62,862 bases of DNA. Origin: an uncultured Prevotella sp. (GTDB lineage Bacteria > Bacteroidota > Bacteroidia > Bacteroidales > Bacteroidaceae). Below the pieces are notes generated by a model. It ran no database searches and was not told where the DNA came from. It worked only from the letters and a program-made list of their open reading frames with translations. Location: NCBI GenBank assembly GCA_945830345.1, contig CALZYS010000001.1, positions 1-62,862 of the forward strand. Direction: 5' to 3'. The stretch's first letter is position 1; each line of letters begins with the position of its first letter. Position numbers and translations under genes: made by a program. Shown piece by piece: positions 56,859-62,862 of the stretch.

Positions 56859-58265
56859 TTACTTTGTGAGATAGTTGAAAGCATTCTGAGTGATGATAGA
56901 GACATTCTTATGGAATTTCTCAGTATAGCCAGCCTCGAATGTGTAGGAATACCAGTCGTAGCATCCTGAACCGATGCAGACGATGCCGCCCTTTCCGTCG
57001 TGTGCAGGATATTCCCATGCCACAACAGAACCGTCGCCACCGACACCGAGAATCTTGCCGCCTGTGCGTGCCTCCCATGCTGCATGGTTGTCATATCCTC
57101 CCCAGTCGGTGCCGATATGATACTGTGCCGTGGAGTTGGTTATATGGTAGCCTGCATCCGTTGTATATACTGCGTTAGGATCATCACCAGCCACAAGTCC
57201 TTGCCATAGAGGATGTCCTGTCTGTCCGTTGTACATCTTAAAGTCCCAAGGTCCTCCGCAAAGTTCTGCATCAGCCTCGTTCTGTCCCCAACAGTTGTTA
57301 GGAGTAGTCCATTCGTCGTCGCCCGTGACACCGATGAACGACGGGAGATTGGTGGCATAACGTGTAAGGAAGAAAGCGCCTCCGTTTTCATAATACGTGC
57401 GCAACTGGTTCTTGGCGTCGATGGCGTACGGGGCCTTAGTAACAAACTGGTCATGACCGTCAACACCACCATCGTAGTGGAAGTGCCACCATATCACCTT
57501 ACACTCTGAGAGATCCACCGTCTCCATCTGTATGTCGGCGAATGAAGCGTATAGAGACTTCTCTACATTTGCCAACATCCATGAGCAAGCTTCTTTTGCT
57601 TCGGGGTCAAGTTCATTCATAGTCGGCACATTACCTACAAACACTGCTCTTGGCTTGTCGATGGCAAAGACATTTACCGTATATTGTGCCTGAGCTGTTC
57701 CGTTGGTAACGGTATAGACAACTGGATTTGTGAAATCCTGAGCCACACCGCTGAGCGGCTGGCATACTGCTCCTTCACTGAACTCGACGGAAGGAACGAG
57801 AGCTGTTATATCTACACCGCCGGGAACATAAACGGTGATGGTCTTGGCACTCTGGTCGATGATGCCGTTATACACCTCATTTACTATGAACGAGTAGATT
57901 TTGGCCTCATCGCGCTTTGCCACCAGTTTCCAGTCGAGAAACAAGTCGCCGTTTGTCACGTGAATGTTCTGTGCGCCTTCCATGTTCACGGTCTGACCCT
58001 TCTGGACATTAGCGCTTGCACCCTCTGAAAGGCGAAGTTCAGTCACAGTCATTGCCCTTGTGTCGTAAGTTTCAGGCAGGTTCACGGTTACGGTACGTGA
58101 GTCAAAATCTACCTTGCCCTCATAGTCATCGAGAGTCAAAGCCTCAATCGTGCAGTCGCCCGAAAGTTGGAGCCCGCTGACATTGTCATCTGTACAGGCA
58201 GCCATGCACATCATCATCAGGAAGATGAATGATGCAGATATGATATTGTTTATTCTTGTCTTCAT
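56859..58265 (-). CDS. Surface glycan-binding lipoprotein (DUF4960), BT1761-like
   Basis: Lipobox MAAC; Ig-like repeats (DFTNPVVYTVT); lies directly after susD. Confidence 0.8.
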   Translation of the reverse strand: MKTRINNIISASFIFLMMMCMAACTDDNVSGLQLSGDCTIEALTLDDYEGKVDFDSRTVTVNLPETYDTRAMTVTELRLSEGASANVQKGQTVNMEGAQNIHVTNGDLFLDWKLVAKRDEAKIYSFIVNEVYNGIIDQSAKTITVYVPGGVDITALVPSVEFSEGAVCQPLSGVAQDFTNPVVYTVTNGTAQAQYTVNVFAIDKPRAVFVGNVPTMNELDPEAKEACSWMLANVEKSLYASFADIQMETVDLSECKVIWWHFHYDGGVDGHDQFVTKAPYAIDAKNQLRTYYENGGAFFLTRYATNLPSFIGVTGDDEWTTPNNCWGQNEADAELCGGPWDFKMYNGQTGHPLWQGLVAGDDPNAVYTTDAGYHITNSTAQYHIGTDWGGYDNHAAWEARTGGKILGVGGDGSVVAWEYPAHDGKGGIVCIGSGCYDWYSYTFEAGYTEKFHKNVSIITQNAFNYLTK

Positions 58266-58282
58266 AATAATCTTGTTCGTTT

Positions 58283-60016
58283 TTACCAGTTACCAATGTT
58301 CTGAGTGTAATATCCGTTAGAGGCAGCCACCTGTGCAAATGGTATAGGCAGGTATTCGCCCTTGTCGGCGGTGAACTCAGCCTCGCCATAGACGGTGCAT
58401 TTAGTCTTCTCTGCAGCATAGTAGCTATTGAGGGTCTGTGCAGCTTCACCCCATCTCACGAGGTCGAAGAAACGCTCCGACTCCATTGCAAGCTCCAACC
58501 TGCGCTCCATCTTCACAATCTTTATCGTCTGTTCCTTGTCGTAGGAGCCGGTGTAGTTCTTGCAATAGAACTTCACGCCATACTTTGACGGATAGTTGCC
58601 TATCATCTGTGTACTGCTTGCGGCACGAGAGCGTATCTGGTTTACGAGAGCTATTGCTTCCGTAGTCTTTCCAAGCTGTGCGAAAGCCTCAGCGCGCTCA
58701 AGCAGCACGTCGGCATAGCGGAACACGATGCGGTTCATGCTGGTTGCCCAGAAGGAACCTTTGATAAGATACTGGCCTATGAGGGCAGGATCGACGTTCT
58801 GCTTCAGTGTGACATAGTAGCCGTAGAGTCCTCCCGAACGGCTCCAGTTGGAAGTGCGGTTCATGATGTAGTCCTGGTTGAACATATATGGCAAGCCTGG
58901 CATTCCCACTGTGAGGAAAAGGCGCGGGTCGGCATTGTCGGTTGTCATGTCGTAGTCCTTCTGGTTGAAGTTGTCGATAAGAGGCAGACCGCTGTTATCG
59001 GTACGGAAGGCATTGACAAGGTTCTGCGATGGCTTATAGAAGTCGCATCCTCCGTCGGTCACGTCTGCTATATTTGGGCAAATCAGGCCGTTCGACCAGT
59101 TGAGATTGCCGTATGTCGAACCGTCGTTGCGTGAGTATTGTATTGCCCATATCGACTCGCATCCGTTCTCGTACTGCTCCTCTGGGCGAAAGTTATTGTG
59201 TATGTCGGCCTCAAGGGCATATCCTCCGGCAGCGTATATAGCAGGGTCGGTGTATTTGACCACTTTGTCAAGGTCGTCGGTATTTATGCTTGTCACCTTA
59301 TGGCTCGTTGCATCGTCCTGGCGGTAAGCCTTGTAGAGATAAACCTTTGCGAGGAATGCCGCACAGGCAGCCTTTGTGGGGCGTCCCTTCTCAGTCTGCT
59401 TCACCGGCAATACCTCATAAGCCTCCTCCAGTTCCTTGGCAATAATGCCCCAAGCCTCATCGTTGGTGTATTCGGTGTTGGATAGGGTGTTGTATTCCTC
59501 GTATTGGAGGTTTGCGTTCATAATAAACGGAATGTTCTTGAAGAGACGCTTGAGGAGGAAGTGGCTGTAGGCGCGCAGGAACTTCATCTCGGCCATACGC
59601 TGATCCTTGAGGGCATAGCTGTCGTCACACTTCTCAAGCACGTTGATGGCTGAATTGACGCGCGATATGGTTATGTACAGACGGTTCCACATGTCGCTGA
59701 TATTCCAGTTGGTTGTCAGCACTCCCTTCTGCACCTCAAGCTGATGAAACACATCACCATCGTTTACCGAACTGCCACCCTTGTAGGCATCATCCGAGCG
59801 CACGTCGTAGTTCCACATTGAGAACGAGCCGTTGATGTCCTCACTCTGAGTGAATCCGGCGTATGCCGATATTATGGTACTCTCAACGAGCGAAGGGTTC
59901 TTCACCTGGTTCTCGTCAAGTGTGCCCTGTGGCACCTGCTCATCGAGGAAGTCGGAGCAGCTTGCTGCCATCAAGCCAAAAGAGGCAGCCAATATGTAGT
60001 TGAAAATCTTTTTCAT
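58283..60016 (-). CDS. susD: SusD/RagB family lipoprotein, BT1762-like
   Basis: Lipobox ASCSDFLD; FLRA, LAKVYL, RYADVLL..AEA and ERRLELA.E..RFFDLVRWG motifs. Confidence 0.95.
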   Translation of the reverse strand: MKKIFNYILAASFGLMAASCSDFLDEQVPQGTLDENQVKNPSLVESTIISAYAGFTQSEDINGSFSMWNYDVRSDDAYKGGSSVNDGDVFHQLEVQKGVLTTNWNISDMWNRLYITISRVNSAINVLEKCDDSYALKDQRMAEMKFLRAYSHFLLKRLFKNIPFIMNANLQYEEYNTLSNTEYTNDEAWGIIAKELEEAYEVLPVKQTEKGRPTKAACAAFLAKVYLYKAYRQDDATSHKVTSINTDDLDKVVKYTDPAIYAAGGYALEADIHNNFRPEEQYENGCESIWAIQYSRNDGSTYGNLNWSNGLICPNIADVTDGGCDFYKPSQNLVNAFRTDNSGLPLIDNFNQKDYDMTTDNADPRLFLTVGMPGLPYMFNQDYIMNRTSNWSRSGGLYGYYVTLKQNVDPALIGQYLIKGSFWATSMNRIVFRYADVLLERAEAFAQLGKTTEAIALVNQIRSRAASSTQMIGNYPSKYGVKFYCKNYTGSYDKEQTIKIVKMERRLELAMESERFFDLVRWGEAAQTLNSYYAAEKTKCTVYGEAEFTADKGEYLPIPFAQVAASNGYYTQNIGNW

Positions 60017-60022
60017 ATATCT

Positions 60023-62862
60023 TTAGAATGTTACGTTAAGACCGAATGTGATGTTCATCGGGATTGGATATCCGAAGTTTGCGTTCTCAGGATCTACTCC
60101 TGTAAAGCTGCTGCTCTTGATGGTCAGCAGATTCTGTGCAGAGAGATAGAAGCGCAGGCGTTCCATATAAAGTTTGTTGGCAATAGCCTTGGGCACGTTG
60201 TAGCCAATCTGTATGTTGCGCATCTTGAGGAACGAGCCATTCTCAACATAATAACTTGACACGCGGGTCTCGTTGTTGTTGTTGTAGGTTGAAAGCGCGG
60301 GGATATTCGAGTTGGGATTTGTAGGCGACCATGCGTCGAGCAGACGCTGTCCCTTGTTGAGGTTAGCCACATTGACACCTGCCCACAGGTCGGTTTCCTT
60401 TTTCAGGTCGGAGATGACATCAACTCCCTGCACTCCCTGCCAAAACATTGTCAAGTCCCAGTTCTTATATTGCAGATAGATATTGAAACCATAACTGAAG
60501 TCTGGCACTGGAGAGTAAATCCAATCCTGGTCGGCCTCTGTTATCATTCCGTCGCCGTTGAGGTCCTTAAAGCGCATTCTGCCCACTCCTGCACCAGGTT
60601 GAGTGGCATGGTTATCCACCTCTTCTTGACTCTTGAAGATACCATCGAATACGTATCCCACCTGTGCTCCCATCGGGTGTCCTATGACACTCTTCACACC
60701 ATTACCTCCGAAATCGCCATTGGCAGCCACTGTCTCGGGCAGTTTGGTTATCTCATTACGATAGGTTCCGAGGTTGGCGGTTATGTCGTAACTGAAATCG
60801 CCTATGCTGTTGCGGTAGCCAAGGTTTAGCTCTACTCCGTTATTCTTCATCTCACCTGCATTAATCCACATTGAACTACCCTCGCCCATAGCAGCTATTC
60901 CTGCCATATAGAGAAGTATGTCCTTAGTGTTCTTGTGATAGTAGTCGAAGCTACCATAAAGGGTGTTGTTGAAGAACGAGAAATCTACACCGATGTTGGT
61001 CTGTGTTGTCGTTTCCCACTTAATGTCGTCATTGCCAATCTGTACTCGCTTGAATCCCGACTGAAGAATTTGTCCTCCATTGGTGCCTGCGATGTCGTAG
61101 GATGTACCAAAGCTATTGCCACCGAAGTTTGAGTCACCATAGACTGCCTGGTAGAGCGTGTAACGGGCAGTGTTGGATATTTCCTGGTTACCGGTCTGAC
61201 CCCATGAAGCACGGAGTTTAAGGTCGTAGAGCCATGAACTTGTATTCTTCATGAAATTCTCTTGTGTCACACGCCATCCCAGACTGACAGAAGGGAATGT
61301 ACCATATTTGTTGTTCTTACCGAAACGGCTAGAACCGTCACGTCGTATTGTCACCGATGCAAGATATTTGTCAGCGTAGGTGTAGTTTGCCTTTCCAAAG
61401 AAAGAGACAAGCGAGTAACCACTGCCTGAGCCGTATGCTTTCTCGACTCCTGTTCCTGCATCAGGCCACATATAGTCGGTATTGAGTGTCTCGTAGTCAT
61501 AACGCTTGCCTGAAAACCATACGTCATCCTGTCGATTGACCTCCACACCGAGCATATAGTCGGCACGGTGCTTGCCTATTTCCATATTATATGTTGCCAC
61601 AGCGTTCCACATCCATTTCATCCAGTGTTCCTGCTTAGCCTCGACGGCATTCTCAGGATTAGCCACGTTGCCGTTTGATATTGGCATGGTGAATATGCGC
61701 TGCTGCTTCTGCGAATAGTCGATGCCGGCAGTAGTACGGAGATTGAACCCCTTGAAGAGTGCAAGGTTAAGATATACATCGCCGAAGGCACGCCAATAGG
61801 TGTAGCGGTTGTCTTTGTTGCGCTCCAGGCGACCCAGAGGATTCTCACGGTCAGCATATCCACCGGTAAGGTTGGCGTATTCACCCTTTGTGTTATATAC
61901 CGGGAAGGATGGGTTGAACTGCAAGACATTCTCAAGAAATCCTCCTGGCGCACTCACCTCAGAAGTGCGGTTCAGAGTAAAGTGCTCGCCGATGGTCAGT
62001 ACATTACCTATCAACTTGTAATCAGTGTTGAGACGTGCCGAGAGACGTTCAAAGTCAGAGTGCTTGATGATACCAAGGTTCTTGTAATATCCGAGCGAAA
62101 GATAGCTTGAGCCTTTCTCGTTACCATTGCTTACGCTTACATTGTAGTTTTGGATAACACCAGTGCGTGTTGTCTCCTTAACCCAATCGGTGTCGGCGGA
62201 AGGAACAGTGTTTCCGTCATCGAGATATTTCTGCATTGTAACATTGTATAATTGCGGATTGCCCTGTGCGTCATATCCCCAGTCGAAGTGGTAGCCAAGA
62301 TTGTTGTTGTTTGGATTTAGTCCGTCGTTGACGTTGGCTTGCCAATAAGCCTGTCCCCATTGCTCGGCATTTAATACTTCCAACTTGTTGGCGTAGAACG
62401 AGGCCGCTATGCTTGCGTCGAAGTCAACCTTTACCTTGCCGTCCTTGCCCTTCTTGGTGGTGATGATAATAACACCGTTAGCGGCACGCGAACCGTAGAT
62501 GCTTGCTGATGCGGCATCCTTCAATACCTGTATTGACTCGATGTCATTGCCGTTAAGCTCATGCATACCCGACTTTGTCGGCACTCCGTCAATAATATAA
62601 AGAGGGTCGTTGTTGTTAAGAGTACCAATACCACGTATGCGCACAGTGGCAGCACCTGAGGGAGTACCGTCAGCAGAGATATTCATGCCAGGGACACGAC
62701 CTTGAAGAGCCTTGATGGGGTTGTTCTCGTTTTGCTTCTGCAGCTCGTCAACGCTCACCACCGATACGGCACCAGTAAGGTCGGCCTTACGCTGTGTGGT
62801 GTAACCGGTCACCACAACTTCCTGAAGACTCTGGGCATCCTCCTTGAGGATAATCTTCATAC
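60023..62862 (-). CDS. susC: SusC/RagA TonB-dependent transporter, BT1763-like (5'-truncated by window)
   Basis: EVVVTGY, ALQGRVPG, PLYIIDG, LKDAASASIYGSRAANGVIIITTK, RDGSSRFG, KWETT and terminal GLNVTF. Confidence 0.97.
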   Translation of the reverse strand, partial: MKIILKEDAQSLQEVVVTGYTTQRKADLTGAVSVVSVDELQKQNENNPIKALQGRVPGMNISADGTPSGAATVRIRGIGTLNNNDPLYIIDGVPTKSGMHELNGNDIESIQVLKDAASASIYGSRAANGVIIITTKKGKDGKVKVDFDASIAASFYANKLEVLNAEQWGQAYWQANVNDGLNPNNNNLGYHFDWGYDAQGNPQLYNVTMQKYLDDGNTVPSADTDWVKETTRTGVIQNYNVSVSNGNEKGSSYLSLGYYKNLGIIKHSDFERLSARLNTDYKLIGNVLTIGEHFTLNRTSEVSAPGGFLENVLQFNPSFPVYNTKGEYANLTGGYADRENPLGRLERNKDNRYTYWRAFGDVYLNLALFKGFNLRTTAGIDYSQKQQRIFTMPISNGNVANPENAVEAKQEHWMKWMWNAVATYNMEIGKHRADYMLGVEVNRQDDVWFSGKRYDYETLNTDYMWPDAGTGVEKAYGSGSGYSLVSFFGKANYTYADKYLASVTIRRDGSSRFGKNNKYGTFPSVSLGWRVTQENFMKNTSSWLYDLKLRASWGQTGNQEISNTARYTLYQAVYGDSNFGGNSFGTSYDIAGTNGGQILQSGFKRVQIGNDDIKWETTTQTNIGVDFSFFNNTLYGSFDYYHKNTKDILLYMAGIAAMGEGSSMWINAGEMKNNGVELNLGYRNSIGDFSYDITANLGTYRNEITKLPETVAANGDFGGNGVKSVIGHPMGAQVGYVFDGIFKSQEEVDNHATQPGAGVGRMRFKDLNGDGMITEADQDWIYSPVPDFSYGFNIYLQYKNWDLTMFWQGVQGVDVISDLKKETDLWAGVNVANLNKGQRLLDAWSPTNPNSNIPALSTYNNNNETRVSSYYVENGSFLKMRNIQIGYNVPKAIANKLYMERLRFYLSAQNLLTIKSSSFTGVDPENANFGYPIPMNITFGLNVTF

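Overview
Bacteroidales chromosomal DNA, probably Prevotellaceae (inferred from TAnnTTTG -7 promoter boxes, SusC/SusD and T9SS-type tails). No rRNA, tRNA, CRISPR array, integrase or intact transposase is seen. The window has five blocks. (1) 1.1-12.8 kb: a co-directional array of small accessory genes whose spacers are filled with diverged fragments of the same genes (duplicated ygbA-like and Zn-ribbon genes, orphan 5' and 3' ends, a duplicated promoter), i.e. a shuffled array with no integron. (2) 15-18 kb: a decayed defence-like islet with an AAA-DUF4143 ATPase, a collapsed RloA/RloB remnant and a two-repeat hypothetical. (3) 18-36 kb: detox and housekeeping genes, including an AraC-linked cluster, a miniature IS and MITE-like palindromic elements. 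(4) 37.8-46 kb: a SusD-less TBDT-GH32-GH36 cluster with a SusR-like regulator. (5) 50-62.9 kb: a BT1757-BT1763-like levan/fructan PUL. The most striking unexplained pattern is that all four AAA-DUF4143-type ATPase starts (two intact, two remnants) carry direct repeats at their promoter with about 33-bp spacing, in three different sequences. All identities are hand counts and family calls come from motif recognition, not database searches.
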